DNA from: an uncultured Nitrososphaerota archaeon
GTDB lineage: Archaea > Thermoproteota > Methanomethylicia > Nezhaarchaeales > WYZ-LMO8
DNA length: 64,000 nt
Direction of reading: 5' to 3'
Assembly (NCBI GenBank): GCA_964586135.1
Contig: CAZPGS010000001.1
Coordinates: 18,761-82,760 of the forward strand
Below the pieces are notes generated by a model that did no database searches, had not been told where the DNA came from, and saw only the letters and a program-made list of their open reading frames with translations. Below are positions 1-9,880 of this stretch, one piece after another (positions within the stretch are counted from its first letter, which is position 1; each line of letters starts with the position of its first letter). Both the position numbers and the translations under genes were made by a program.

Positions 1-195
1 ATTTCTAAATGAGGCCTTAACTATGCGAATCGGATTTTCATAGTGGCCGTAAGTTTCTTCGACTTCGACTTTCTTTCGCTCTCGGAGTTTGGGGGGCATG
101 AGGCTTTCGACCGCTTTAATCACTTTGTCAAAGTCTTCAGTAACGTGTACGAAGACTGCGTATTCTACGGATACCGGCTTAGCCTCTAGATTCAT
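1..195 (-). CDS. RNA-binding protein, COG1325-like (exosome-associated); N-terminal part, runs off the window
   Basis: Manual translation from ATG at 195: MNLEAKPVSVEYAVFVHVTEDFDKVIKAV...GHYENPIRIV. The HxTED and GHYxNPI motifs fit this family. Confidence 0.75.
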   Translation of the reverse strand, partial: MNLEAKPVSVEYAVFVHVTEDFDKVIKAVESLMPPKLRERKKVEVEETYGHYENPIRIVKASFRN

Positions 196-212
196 AGCGC
201 GATCAATCCGAC

Positions 213-1004
213 TTAGGGGCTTGCGGGCTTGGCCCTCTCCCATCTTTGATTAAAGGCATCAATAAACACCTTTATCAGGCCCGGGTTTTCGGTGTAGTGT
301 GGCTTGTAGTAAGACAATTTCTTCTCAGTAGTCCAGATGAGGAAGACTAGCTTGCTCTCATCAACTAACGTGCCCCTGACTGGATACCACTCCTCAGCCG
401 CGCACCTGACCTCTGCTCCGTTCTCTGCAAGGTCTCTAGCAACACTCTTTGACCGCTCATCTATAACCCGCATTAAGACCCTCACTACGACTTTACGATG
501 GAGCGCGTCGAGTAATAGCTCCCTTACTTTGGGGTACCACTCAAACGACGCCGTGAATATGGAGATGTCACGTTGCGCCCTTGATATTATTTCAGCAGTC
601 TTGACCTCCATAGACCTTAAGTCGTCGAGGGGCTCTATTAAGAGCTCATCTCTAATGCCGTATCGCCTCTCCCAGTACTTGTCCTCCAAGTCGCTCTTCA
701 TTACATGCAGATGCTTCCTTAGATCTGCCAGCTCGGCTTCTATGGACCTCGTCTTGACCTCGAGAAGTATTTGAGCAGCCTTTGAAGGAGGAATAACATC
801 GTACTTCCCGCGCCCTAACGCCTTCACGAGGCCCTTTTGTAGGAGCGAAGCAATGGCGGTCTTAACATCGCTCACTGATGCATTCAGTGAGGTGCATAGA
901 TCACTTTCACTTGCTTGAGGATTTTCGACCAAGAAGAGATAAGCCTCAGCTTCGAGTTTCGTTAGGCCAGCTTTCTTGAGAGCCTCTATGGCTGTAGATG
1001 TCAT
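213..1004 (-). CDS. TrmB-family transcriptional regulator
   Basis: N-terminal GLTKLEAEAYLFL...SLLQKGLV winged HTH, then a C-terminal PLD-like effector domain (AQRDISI...VVVRVL...FNQRWERA). Confidence 0.85.
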   Translation of the reverse strand: MTSTAIEALKKAGLTKLEAEAYLFLVENPQASESDLCTSLNASVSDVKTAIASLLQKGLVKALGRGKYDVIPPSKAAQILLEVKTRSIEAELADLRKHLHVMKSDLEDKYWERRYGIRDELLIEPLDDLRSMEVKTAEIISRAQRDISIFTASFEWYPKVRELLLDALHRKVVVRVLMRVIDERSKSVARDLAENGAEVRCAAEEWYPVRGTLVDESKLVFLIWTTEKKLSYYKPHYTENPGLIKVFIDAFNQRWERAKPASP

Positions 1005-1044
1005 GTCAAGGGTCCACCGCGAATTACTACTCGACCTCTCCTTA

Positions 1045-1995
1045 TTAACGCGCTGTAGACGATGTTTCGCGAAGCACCCTGTACACCTCTTCAGCTATTA
1101 TCAATGCAGCCGTCACCTGAGCTTCCCACGTCTGAGAAGCTATGTGAGGCGTCACGACTACGTTTGGTAGCCTTATGAGCTCCCATTCTTCTTCGGTTTT
1201 TGGAGGCTCATTCTCGAAGACGTCTAATGCTGCCCCTGCCAGTTTGCCCTTCTTCAACGCCTTCAAGAGGGCCTTTGTATCTATTATCCCCCCTCTTGAG
1301 GTGTTTACTATCATAGCACCTCTCTTCATGAGGGATATCTCTCTCATGCCTATCATGTGTCGCGTGCTCTCATTCAAAGGTACGTGGAGCGTTATTATGT
1401 CGCTCTCTCTCAAAAGCTCTTCGAGCGTTGCAGCAACCTTAACGCCCATGCTCTCGGCCTCCTCCCTTATGTCCCTTATGTCGTAGGCCATCGCCTTCAT
1501 GTCAAAGGCCAAGGCCCTCTTAGCAACAGCCTTGCCTATTCTACCGAAGCCTATTATGCCTAAGACCTTCCCCCTTAACTCGAGGCCCATGAACTTGCTC
1601 TTCAGCCACAGCCCTTCTTTTAGTGTCTTGTTGGCTTCAGGTATCATCCTAGCTAGCGCCAGAATAAGGGCCATCGTCGTCTCGGCTACCGCGACCGTCG
1701 ATGCTTGAGGTGATGCTATAACCCTTATCCCCTTCTCAGAGGCGGCCTCGAGGTCGACGTTGTCGAGTCCTACGCCAGCCCTCCCTATGACCTTTAGGCT
1801 CTGCGCCTCCATTATCACGTCCCTCGTGAACCTCGTCCTTCCTCTAATTATGATGGCATCGTACTCCTTAACTGCTCTAATCAGCTCGTTCCTCGTCAGC
1901 GAGGACTTAACAGTAACGTGGCAGCCCTTGGATCTGAGGACTTCCGCGCATGATTCATGGACGTCGTCGGTGATAAGCACTTTAAACTCTGCCAC
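1045..1995 (-). CDS. serA: D-3-phosphoglycerate dehydrogenase / D-2-hydroxyacid dehydrogenase (no ACT domain)
   Basis: GRAGVGLDNVD, GFGRIG, NTSRGG, LDVFENEP and TPHI motifs. Likely GTG start at 1995 after a GGTGG RBS. Confidence 0.8.
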   Translation of the reverse strand: MAEFKVLITDDVHESCAEVLRSKGCHVTVKSSLTRNELIRAVKEYDAIIIRGRTRFTRDVIMEAQSLKVIGRAGVGLDNVDLEAASEKGIRVIASPQASTVAVAETTMALILALARMIPEANKTLKEGLWLKSKFMGLELRGKVLGIIGFGRIGKAVAKRALAFDMKAMAYDIRDIREEAESMGVKVAATLEELLRESDIITLHVPLNESTRHMIGMREISLMKRGAMIVNTSRGGIIDTKALLKALKKGKLAGAALDVFENEPPKTEEEWELIRLPNVVVTPHIASQTWEAQVTAALIIAEEVYRVLRETSSTAR

Positions 1996-2117
1996 GAGTC
2001 CACCACCGTATTGCCGGAACGTCTTATACCTCAAGGCTTTTATAGCTTATCGCCTTAAGTTCATGAAGCCTCGGCAAGAAATATACCTTCGGTGATATCA
2101 CTATATAGTGAGCTACG

Positions 2118-3338
2118 ATGCCAGAGGTGGCATTGATCGGGAAGACGAACGTTGGCAAGAGCACGCTCTTTAGCGCTTTAACCATGTTGCCTGTCAAGAT
2201 AGAGCCTAGGCCCTTCACAACCATAAAGCCCAACGTAGGAATCGCGTACCTGAAGGTCAGGTGCGTGTGCAAGGAGTTCGGCGTTAAGGACAACCCCCGG
2301 AATTCTGTATGTCGAGATGGCATAAGGTACATCCCCGTAAAGGTGATAGACCTCGCCGGGCTCATACCCGGAGCGCACGAGGGCAAGGGTCTTGGAAATA
2401 AATTTCTGGATGAAATGCGAGGGGCCGACGGGATAATACACGTAGTCGACGCCTCGGGCTCTACGGATGCCGAGGGAAGGCCCTGTCCTCCGGGCTCCCA
2501 CGACCCGCTCTTGGACGTCCAGATGATAGAGAACGAGGTCCATTTATGGATCTTGGGGATGCTGAAGCATGACTGGGCCAAGTTGTCGAGGTCCGTAGAG
2601 CACGGCAGGTTAAAGGCAGAGGAGGTCTTGGCCTCGAGGCTAAGCGGCCTGAAGATCTCCTTGAAACACGTGAGAGAGGTACTTGAGGGGCTCGACCTAA
2701 AGGAGAAGAGGCTCGGGGCGTGGAGCGAGGATGACCTGATTGCGTTCGTCAAGCACCTCTTTGAGAAGGCCAAGCCGTTCGTCATAGCCGCCAACAAGTG
2801 TGACATTCCTGAGAGCGTCGAGAACGTTAAGAGGCTCAAGAAGGCCTATGGCGATGAAGTTGTGGTTCCTTGTAGCGCCGAGGCGGAATTGGCCCTCCGA
2901 AGAGCAGCTGAAAGAGGGCTTGTCGAGTACACGCCCGGCGACAGCACCTTCAAGATAGTCGATCGCGAGAAGCTGACCTCAGAGCAGTTGAGAGCTTTGG
3001 AGGTCATAAAACGGCGAGTTTTAGACGTTTGGGGGTCTACAGGGGTCCAAGAAGTTTTAAACACGATGTACTTCAAGAGGCTAGACGTGATCCCCGTCTA
3101 CCCAGTCGCCGACCCCGACGACTTAACCGACACGGAGGGCAACGTGCTCCCAGATGTATACTTAGTCCCGCGCGGAACGACTGCTCGAGAACTGGCGTAC
3201 ATGATCCACACGGAGCTAGGCGAGAGCTTCATATACGCCCTTGATGCCAGGAAGAAGACCAAGCTTGGAGAGGATAGCATTTTAAAAGAGAACGACGTAA
3301 TATCAATTGTAGCCGCTAAGAGGCTGAAGAGGAAGTAG
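2118..3338 (+). CDS. ychF: YchF/Obg-family ATPase/GTPase
   Basis: GKTNVGKST, PFTTIKPN, DLAGL, GKGLGNKFL and ANKCD motifs, plus a C-terminal TGS domain. Confidence 0.92.
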   Translation: MPEVALIGKTNVGKSTLFSALTMLPVKIEPRPFTTIKPNVGIAYLKVRCVCKEFGVKDNPRNSVCRDGIRYIPVKVIDLAGLIPGAHEGKGLGNKFLDEMRGADGIIHVVDASGSTDAEGRPCPPGSHDPLLDVQMIENEVHLWILGMLKHDWAKLSRSVEHGRLKAEEVLASRLSGLKISLKHVREVLEGLDLKEKRLGAWSEDDLIAFVKHLFEKAKPFVIAANKCDIPESVENVKRLKKAYGDEVVVPCSAEAELALRRAAERGLVEYTPGDSTFKIVDREKLTSEQLRALEVIKRRVLDVWGSTGVQEVLNTMYFKRLDVIPVYPVADPDDLTDTEGNVLPDVYLVPRGTTARELAYMIHTELGESFIYALDARKKTKLGEDSILKENDVISIVAAKRLKRK

Positions 3339-3339
3339 C

Positions 3340-3687
3340 ATGATAGAGATGGACATCGAAGAACTAAGGAGGAAGTACCCCAACCTCGCCAGAGAATTGG
3401 AGGAGAGGATCATGTGCGTTGAGGTCAGAGGCTCTAGAAAGAGCGACGAAGAATTTCAAGTCGGCATGCCTGACGCCGTTGATTACATAAGGCGTTGCAA
3501 GAGCGTTCAAGAGGCCGAGGAGGTCATAAATTTCTTAGAGAGGACCAACCAGATCTCGAGGACCAAGGCTGATGAGCTAAGGGAGCAGCTCTATAGTCAA
3601 GGGCTTGAGAGCTTCGGCCCTCGCAAGGAATTTGGCTATTATACGAAGAGGTATTACGCGAAGAGGATGAATGCCGAACCGGATTAA
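3340..3687 (+). CDS. DUF2095-family protein
   Basis: YPNLARELE, PDAVDYIRRC...EAEEVINFL and FGPRKEFGYY patterns. Confidence 0.75.
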   Translation: MIEMDIEELRRKYPNLARELEERIMCVEVRGSRKSDEEFQVGMPDAVDYIRRCKSVQEAEEVINFLERTNQISRTKADELREQLYSQGLESFGPRKEFGYYTKRYYAKRMNAEPD

Positions 3688-3736
3688 CGCTTAAAATCTT
3701 CCTCGGAGTTTAGAGTGTTAGGCTTTGGGTGAGAGC

Positions 3737-6142
3737 ATGGAGGAGAAGGCAAAGACGTATGTACTATGGTTCGATGAGATAGACAAGGACGACCTAGCGC
3801 TCGTTGGTGGCAAGAGCGCTAATTTAGGAGAGATGACGAAGGCAGGGATATCAGTGCCACCTGGCTTTGCTGTAACTTCGTACGCATACAAAGAGTTCAT
3901 AGAGAGGACGGGCCTTAAGAGCAAGATAAGCGAGGCGTTGAAGGAGGTCGCGAACAGCAAGGATCCCAAGGCATTTGAAGACGTGAGCACGAAAATTAGG
4001 AGAATCATAGAGGAAGAGGAAATCCCAGAAGACATAGCGAGAGCCATCGTTGAAAACTACAGAAAGCTTTGTGAGAGAGTAGGAAGGGCGAACGCCCCCG
4101 TCGCCGTTAGAAGCTCTGCCACAGCCGAAGACTTGCCCGGGGCCAGCTTCGCTGGTCAGCAAGAAACTTTTCTGAATGTCGAGGGCGAGGAAGAGGTCTT
4201 GCTCAAAGTCAAAAAGTGCTGGTCGTCGCTCTTCACGCCACGGGCCATATTCTATCGCCAGGAGAAGGAGATAGACCACGATAAGGTGCTCATGAGCGTA
4301 GTCGTGCAGAAAATGGTCAACGCAAAGGCAGCAGGCGTGATGTTCACCATCCACCCAGTTACGGGAGAGGAGGACAAGATAGTGATAGAGGGAGGCTGGG
4401 GCCTAGGAGAGGCAGTCGTCAGCGGCTCCATAACTCCGGACACTTACGTCGTCGACAAAAGGACCCTCAAGATATTGGAGAAGAAAATAGCTGTGAAAAC
4501 TTACGAAGTCGTCAGAGACCCCTCTTCAGGACGGACCATAAAGGTCGAGGTTCCTCCCGAGAGGAGGAGTGCGCCCTGCCTGACCGATGAAGAAGTCGTA
4601 AAGCTGGCAGAGTTGGCCCTCAAGATAGAGCAACACTACAAGCACCCCCAAGACATTGAGTGGGCCATAGATAGGGACATGAAGTTCCCTGAGAACATAT
4701 TCATAGTTCAGTCTAGGCCCGAGACCGTGTGGTCATTGAGGAAGGAGGGGACAAGAGTGCGGCCCAGCGTCGAAGTCAGAGAAAGGAAGGTCGTAGCTAA
4801 GGGTCTGCCAGCTAGCCCAGGCGTGTGGACTGGCAAAGCCAAGGTGGCCAAGGGCCTCGAAGAGGCCTCGAAAATGATAAAGAAGGGCGACATACTGGTA
4901 ACCACAATGACCAACCCCGACTGGGTCCCGTACATGAGGCTTGCAGGTGCCATAGTGACCGATGAAGGCGGCATGACGTGCCATGCTGCTATAGTTAGCA
5001 GGGAGCTAGGGATCCCAGCTATAGTCGGTACGGGCAACGCAACCAAGGTCATGAAGAGCGAAGAGGAGTACACAGTTGACGCTACAACTGGCGTGGTCTA
5101 CGAGGGCATCGTTGGAGAACTGACAAAGAGGGAGGTCGAGGAAGTCACTAAGCAACAAATGATGCCAGTTACGGAACACTTCATACCCACGGGGACTAAG
5201 ATCTACATGAATTTAGGGGTTCCTGAGAAGATAGCAGAGTACGTCAACTTACCATTTGACGGGATAGGGTTGATGCGCATCGAGTTCATATTGTCGTCCT
5301 ACATAGGAGAACACCCGCTCTACTTACTGGAGATAGGTGAAGAGGATAAGTTCGTGGACAAACTTGCTGAGGGCATAGCGATGGTGGCTAGGCAGGTTCA
5401 GCCAAGGCCGGTCGTCGTCAGGCTTAGCGACCTCAAGTCGAACGAGTACAGAAAGCTGAAGGGCGGCGAGAAATATGAGCCCGAGGAACGCAATCCGATG
5501 CTCGGCTATCGTGGGGTCTCTCGCTACATAAGCCCGCAGTACGAGAAGGCGTTCAGGTTGGAGTGTAAGGCAATCAAGAAGGTCAGGGATGAGTGGGGCC
5601 TCAAGAACGTGTGGGTGATGCTACCATTCGTGAGAACTACTTGGGAAGCGGAGAGGGTCTTGCAGATCATGAAGGAGGAGGGGCTTGAGAGGGGAAGGGA
5701 CTTCAAATTATGGGCGATGGCAGAGGTCCCAAGCGTTATATTCATGGCCGACGAGTTCTGCAAGTACGTTGATGGCTTTAGCATAGGCAGTAACGATTTG
5801 ACTCAACTGGTACTCGGCGTTGACCGCGACTCGGAAATCATGTCGAAGCTAGACGCACGCTACTTCGACGAAAGAGAGCCAGCAGTGTTGAGAGCCATAG
5901 CTCACTTAATTAGGGTCGCGCACAAGCATGGAGTAACCGTAAGCATATGCGGTCAAGGGCCTTCGTACTTGGAGGACTTCGTGGAGTGGCTAGTGCGCCA
6001 AGGCGTAGATAGCATATCGGTTAACCCTGATGCGGTCGTCAGGGTGCGCCGCCTCGTCGCGCAGATTGAAAGGAGGATCATCCTTGAAAGAATGCTCAAA
6101 GGAGTAAAGAGGAGCACGAGAGGAACTCCTTCGCTCAGGTAA
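3737..6142 (+). CDS. ppsA: Phosphoenolpyruvate synthase
   Basis: VGGKSANLGEM, AVRSSATAED, CHAAIVSRELG (phospho-His), NPMLGYRG and FSIGSNDLTQ motifs. ATG 3737 follows GGGTGA. Confidence 0.96.
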   Translation: MEEKAKTYVLWFDEIDKDDLALVGGKSANLGEMTKAGISVPPGFAVTSYAYKEFIERTGLKSKISEALKEVANSKDPKAFEDVSTKIRRIIEEEEIPEDIARAIVENYRKLCERVGRANAPVAVRSSATAEDLPGASFAGQQETFLNVEGEEEVLLKVKKCWSSLFTPRAIFYRQEKEIDHDKVLMSVVVQKMVNAKAAGVMFTIHPVTGEEDKIVIEGGWGLGEAVVSGSITPDTYVVDKRTLKILEKKIAVKTYEVVRDPSSGRTIKVEVPPERRSAPCLTDEEVVKLAELALKIEQHYKHPQDIEWAIDRDMKFPENIFIVQSRPETVWSLRKEGTRVRPSVEVRERKVVAKGLPASPGVWTGKAKVAKGLEEASKMIKKGDILVTTMTNPDWVPYMRLAGAIVTDEGGMTCHAAIVSRELGIPAIVGTGNATKVMKSEEEYTVDATTGVVYEGIVGELTKREVEEVTKQQMMPVTEHFIPTGTKIYMNLGVPEKIAEYVNLPFDGIGLMRIEFILSSYIGEHPLYLLEIGEEDKFVDKLAEGIAMVARQVQPRPVVVRLSDLKSNEYRKLKGGEKYEPEERNPMLGYRGVSRYISPQYEKAFRLECKAIKKVRDEWGLKNVWVMLPFVRTTWEAERVLQIMKEEGLERGRDFKLWAMAEVPSVIFMADEFCKYVDGFSIGSNDLTQLVLGVDRDSEIMSKLDARYFDEREPAVLRAIAHLIRVAHKHGVTVSICGQGPSYLEDFVEWLVRQGVDSISVNPDAVVRVRRLVAQIERRIILERMLKGVKRSTRGTPSLR

Positions 6143-6339
6143 GGGGTTAAGTCCTTAGCCCTGAGCCACCTGTTTGAGCGATCATTAAAGGGGCATCTTA
6201 AGGCCTCAACGTCGTTTTAACGCAAGGTCCTCGTGAAAAGACGTTTTTCACGCACAACATTTATTAGAACTCAGCTTAGTAGAGCGTCTTAAGGTGGTCC
6301 AAGACGTCCTCTAGAAAGAAGAAGACCGAGGGGCTTAAC

Positions 6340-6534
6340 ATACCGGATCACAAGCATTGTATAATGTGCGGAGGGGTCGTGCCAGCTAGCAGAAACCCGC
6401 CTGTTTGTGAGGGGTTGTGTGAAGAAGAGCTCATTAAGAGGGAGAAGAGGTCTAGGATGTTCAGCTTGATGATATTTATGATAGTTGGACTGATGGCACT
6501 GATGATTGTGGCCTCCTTCTTAGTATCCCGATAG
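6340..6534 (+). CDS. DUF2116-like Zn-ribbon membrane protein; start codon unresolved
   Basis: Manual translation IPDHKHCIMCGGVVP...VCEGLCEEEL followed by a hydrophobic C-terminal helix. Frame is open 6283-6534, but the first ATG (6364) lies inside the CxxC. Confidence 0.7.
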   Translation: MPDHKHCIMCGGVVPASRNPPVCEGLCEEELIKREKRSRMFSLMIFMIVGLMALMIVASFLVSR

Positions 6535-6542
6535 TATCCCGA
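6521..6542. repeat. 11-bp tandem duplication TAGTATCCCGA x2
   Basis: Directly visible across the stop codon of the DUF2116-like gene. Confidence 0.8.
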
Positions 6543-6551
6543 TAGGCTTCA

Positions 6552-7067
6552 CTAACTTTTAGTGACGTCCTTTGTGATTATTATCTCACAGGGCATGGGG
6601 AGCTTTGAGGCTGCTCTTCTTGCAGCTTCTTTCGCTACATCCTCTTTATCTACTGGAACCTTTATGGTGAGGACAACATCCCCGGTCTTCACTCTAGCTG
6701 CCGTTCCTATAGGGTCGCCGAAGGCGAGGCGCATCCCATCCTGGAGCCTGTCGGCTCCTGCGAAGGCCATCATCTTGTTCTCTCTAAGGATGTGATGAGG
6801 ATACGGGTGAATTTTGAGGAAATAATTATTCTCGCCGAGCCTCGAAGATAGGTATTTGCTACACGCAACCCTCATGGCCTCTAAGGCGTTCTGCCTTATC
6901 TGTGCTGGCTCTTTAGCCACCAATTGGACCGTTAAGAGGAAGTCGGCTTTTGCGTTCCCCATTGTGAACTTGACGATTTTAGGTGGTGGGACCCCATGCA
7001 CATATTCCTTCCTCGTGTAGGCTGGTCCCTTAACGAGTCTGTAGCAACGGGCCGGCCTCAAGGGCAT
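6552..7067 (-). CDS. rpl10e: 50S ribosomal protein L10e (uL16)
   Basis: MPLRPARCYR start, LRENKMMAFAGADRLQDGMRLAFG. Confidence 0.97.
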   Translation of the reverse strand: MPLRPARCYRLVKGPAYTRKEYVHGVPPPKIVKFTMGNAKADFLLTVQLVAKEPAQIRQNALEAMRVACSKYLSSRLGENNYFLKIHPYPHHILRENKMMAFAGADRLQDGMRLAFGDPIGTAARVKTGDVVLTIKVPVDKEDVAKEAARRAASKLPMPCEIIITKDVTKS

Positions 7068-7103
7068 ACGCTGTGCACCCCCTTTTAAAGGGCTGGGATC
7101 TTT

Positions 7104-7814
7104 TTAGCTTTTCCCCGCGACGAGGGAGCCGAGCCTCGTGTGCACTTTATTCAGGAAGGCCAGCAGGACGTGCATCTCCTTTTGAGAGATGAAGGCCTTG
7201 CCCAAAATCCTCTTGAAGACTAGCTTGGCCTTCGGCTCCTTTTCCTTTGGGAAGTCTACAAGCTCCAATATGGCAGAGAAGTACTTGAGTGCGACCTCTC
7301 TCAACTTAGCATTTGCCAGCTTCGCCTTGGGCCTTATGTGGGCTTTGGAGAGCTCGTAAAGTATCACAGCCATGGCGTGAGTGACGTTCATTACGGGGTA
7401 TTCCTCGCTCGTGGGTATGTTAACGAGGACGTCGCACATCGAGAGCTCTTGATTTGTTAATCCTATGTCCTCGCGGCCAAAGATCAACGCTACTCCACCC
7501 TTGCATTTAATCAACCCATGTAAGTGCCGAGGAGGGACAGCGCTCCTCAAGACGTTTCGAGGACCAGCCAGCTTGCCAGTTGTGCCTATCTTCAAGTCGA
7601 AGTCTCTTATGGCGTCTTCTAGGCTATCAACTACAATAGCAGACTCAAGGACGTCACAGGCCTTCGCAGCAAATATCCTCGAGGCCTCGGTGATGGAGGT
7701 CCTAGGTCTCACGAGGCACAGTTCCTTAAAGCCGAAGTTCTTCATGACCCTGCAGGCGAAGCCTATGTTGATCTCGTACAGCGGCTCTACGAGAACTACC
7801 CTGAAGCGAGGCAC
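7104..7814 (-). CDS. trmJ: TrmJ-like SPOUT tRNA 2'-O-methyltransferase
   Basis: VVLVEP..EINIG, FGREDIGLTN and YPVMNVTHA motifs. Confidence 0.85.
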   Translation of the reverse strand: MPRFRVVLVEPLYEINIGFACRVMKNFGFKELCLVRPRTSITEASRIFAAKACDVLESAIVVDSLEDAIRDFDLKIGTTGKLAGPRNVLRSAVPPRHLHGLIKCKGGVALIFGREDIGLTNQELSMCDVLVNIPTSEEYPVMNVTHAMAVILYELSKAHIRPKAKLANAKLREVALKYFSAILELVDFPKEKEPKAKLVFKRILGKAFISQKEMHVLLAFLNKVHTRLGSLVAGKS

Positions 7815-8401
7815 TTTTTCACCTCTATGAGGAAAAGTTCCTCAAACCACAGTCTCTTCTTAGCCAATATTATTGGGTTAAGACTAGCCACTTTAAGCTT
7901 AGAGATTATCTTCGCGAAGTCCGAGAGAGACGAGATAACGAAGTACAGCTTGCCGTTTTTATTCAACAACCTATCTAAGTCGTCGATTACTCTACTAATT
8001 AAAGAAGTACCATTGGGGCCGCCGTCCCACAACGGTTCGTCTATGCACGGATGCCCGGTCGAGGGTAAGTAGGGAGGGTTCATCATTATGACGTCGAAGT
8101 CGCACTTGTCTCTCAGGGCCGTCGTCGCGTCGCAACACAAGAAGCACGTCGAGTAGTCGACGTTGTTTATCTTGGCGTTGAACTTTGCGTTACAAATGGC
8201 TTTTCTGCTCACGTCTATGCCTACCACATAACAACCTCTCAGCGCGCACTTTATTGCCAAAATTCCCGTCCCGGTCCCTATGTCGAGCACGTACTCCCCG
8301 CCGCTCAAGTTCAAGTTATCTAACAACATGAACGTGTCATCAGAGGGGGGATAGACGTCTTTCCATACATATATGACCATGTTGTCAAAGACGAGCTTCA
8401 A
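7796..8401 (-). CDS. HemK2/MTQ2-family protein methyltransferase
   Basis: VYPPSDDT, LDIGTGTG, NPPY and WDGG motifs. Confidence 0.88.
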   Translation of the reverse strand: MKLVFDNMVIYVWKDVYPPSDDTFMLLDNLNLSGGEYVLDIGTGTGILAIKCALRGCYVVGIDVSRKAICNAKFNAKINNVDYSTCFLCCDATTALRDKCDFDVIMMNPPYLPSTGHPCIDEPLWDGGPNGTSLISRVIDDLDRLLNKNGKLYFVISSLSDFAKIISKLKVASLNPIILAKKRLWFEELFLIEVKKCLASG

Positions 8402-8411
8402 ATATGCTCCC

Positions 8412-9248
8412 TCAGTGTATCAAGTAGTCCTTTAAGGCGTTTGATATATAAGCAAAATCTGATGGATTCAAGTCCCTGACCCTCTTGTTCATGTACTTCT
8501 GCAACCTTGCATCGGAGTACGCCTTTTCACTTAATTTTAGCGGTGAGAGCCTCGACACGACGATCCCCAGAGCCCTTCTCAACAATTTATTGCGCTGAGT
8601 GAAGAGCCACTTGACAACTTCTAAGTGCAAGTCTAGGTCTGCAACCTCATAGGGAGGCGGGCGTCTTTCAAGCGCAACCACAGCCGAGTCCACTTCGGGT
8701 TCGGGATAGAAATTCCTCTTCTTAATTAACATGAGGAGGCGAGAGGAGAAAAAGGCATCAAGAGAAACCGTCAGCCTTCCATAATCCTTTGCGCCGGGCT
8801 TCGAAGTTATGCGAAGAGCTAGCTCCTTCTGCAACGTCAGAACGGCTCTCTTGAAGGAGCACTCTCGTGCCAATTTGAAAAGCAAGGGCGTGGCGATACT
8901 GTAGGGGACGTTAGATGCCACGACATCGACTGAGGGGGGTGTGACCTCTAAGAAATCAGCTTCTATCAAAACGATATTATTGTAGTTCTTCAGAACTTCT
9001 TCTCGAAGGACCTTGCAGAGTAAGGGGTCGACCTCAATCGCGTAGACGAGGCTTGCCTTAGAGGCCAGTAGCTCGGTTAATGCCCCCAGACCCGCTCCTA
9101 TCTCTAAAACTACGAGCCCGTCCACCTGTGAAAGCTCCACTATTCGCTGTGCAATCCTTTTGCTCACTAAAAACGACTGGCCTAGCTCCTTCTTCGGCAC
9201 TATGGAGTACTTCTTGATGAGAGCCAAGGTGCGTTCTCGCAAATTCAT
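8412..9248 (-). CDS. rsmA: 16S rRNA dimethyladenosine transferase KsgA/Dim1
   Basis: LGQSFL, LEIGAGLG, SNVPYSI and FYPEPEVDSAVV motifs. Confidence 0.95.
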   Translation of the reverse strand: MNLRERTLALIKKYSIVPKKELGQSFLVSKRIAQRIVELSQVDGLVVLEIGAGLGALTELLASKASLVYAIEVDPLLCKVLREEVLKNYNNIVLIEADFLEVTPPSVDVVASNVPYSIATPLLFKLARECSFKRAVLTLQKELALRITSKPGAKDYGRLTVSLDAFFSSRLLMLIKKRNFYPEPEVDSAVVALERRPPPYEVADLDLHLEVVKWLFTQRNKLLRRALGIVVSRLSPLKLSEKAYSDARLQKYMNKRVRDLNPSDFAYISNALKDYLIH

Positions 9249-9841
9249 GGTCCTATGGCCTTTTCTTTAGGGACAGGTGGTACAGTAAATAAATAGTACC
9301 TCTCGTTGCCCTTTAACTCTGTTAAGATCCTCTCAATTATGATACCAACTATGTTGTTGACCCCTGTTCTCTTCTCAAAATCTTCGTAACTGACGAAGGG
9401 GGCCTTCTCCCTCTCCTTTATTATCACCCACATAGTTTTCTTCCCTATCCTAGGCAAGAGCTCGAGGGAGTGCATCTTGGTGGTAAGAGGTGGGGCGCTG
9501 TTCAAAAACTGTACAAACCTGTTCTCGTGCTCCCTCACTATCCTCTCTATCAGTCGAGGCAATTCGTCTTTAGCAAAAGTCGTCAACTCTTCAAAGCTCA
9601 ACCTCCTCGTTATCCTATCTATTTTTTCTCTAAAGCCCTTTCCTATGAAGATCCTCTCTCCGGGGGTTAGGGAGACGTTAGGCTTCGGTACCAATTCCAG
9701 CAGCATGAAGAAGTCTTCGCCAATGGCTTGCGCTATCGGCTTGCCCATGAAATGAGGGCGAGTCTCCCTCATGTATCCTCGAGGAAGGAAATCCAGCGCA
9801 TATGCATATTCTTCAAATTTCTTCTTATCTTTAGCCCACAA
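9245..9841 (-). CDS. DUF655-family putative nucleic-acid-binding protein
   Basis: EEYAYALDFLP, AQAIGE and HSLELLPRIGKK (HhH); sits between rpoF and ksgA as usual. Confidence 0.88.
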   Translation of the reverse strand: MWAKDKKKFEEYAYALDFLPRGYMRETRPHFMGKPIAQAIGEDFFMLLELVPKPNVSLTPGERIFIGKGFREKIDRITRRLSFEELTTFAKDELPRLIERIVREHENRFVQFLNSAPPLTTKMHSLELLPRIGKKTMWVIIKEREKAPFVSYEDFEKRTGVNNIVGIIIERILTELKGNERYYLFTVPPVPKEKAIGP

Positions 9842-9880
9842 GTTTTGGCACCTATTCCCAGATAAAAATCGACAAGGGGC

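Noticed and set aside
2024..2839. Long antisense ORFs (e.g. 2024-2839, 58727-59416, 58149-58697, 60472-60957)
   Set aside because: They are shadows of well-conserved genes on the other strand, with Ser/Leu-rich composition and no motifs.
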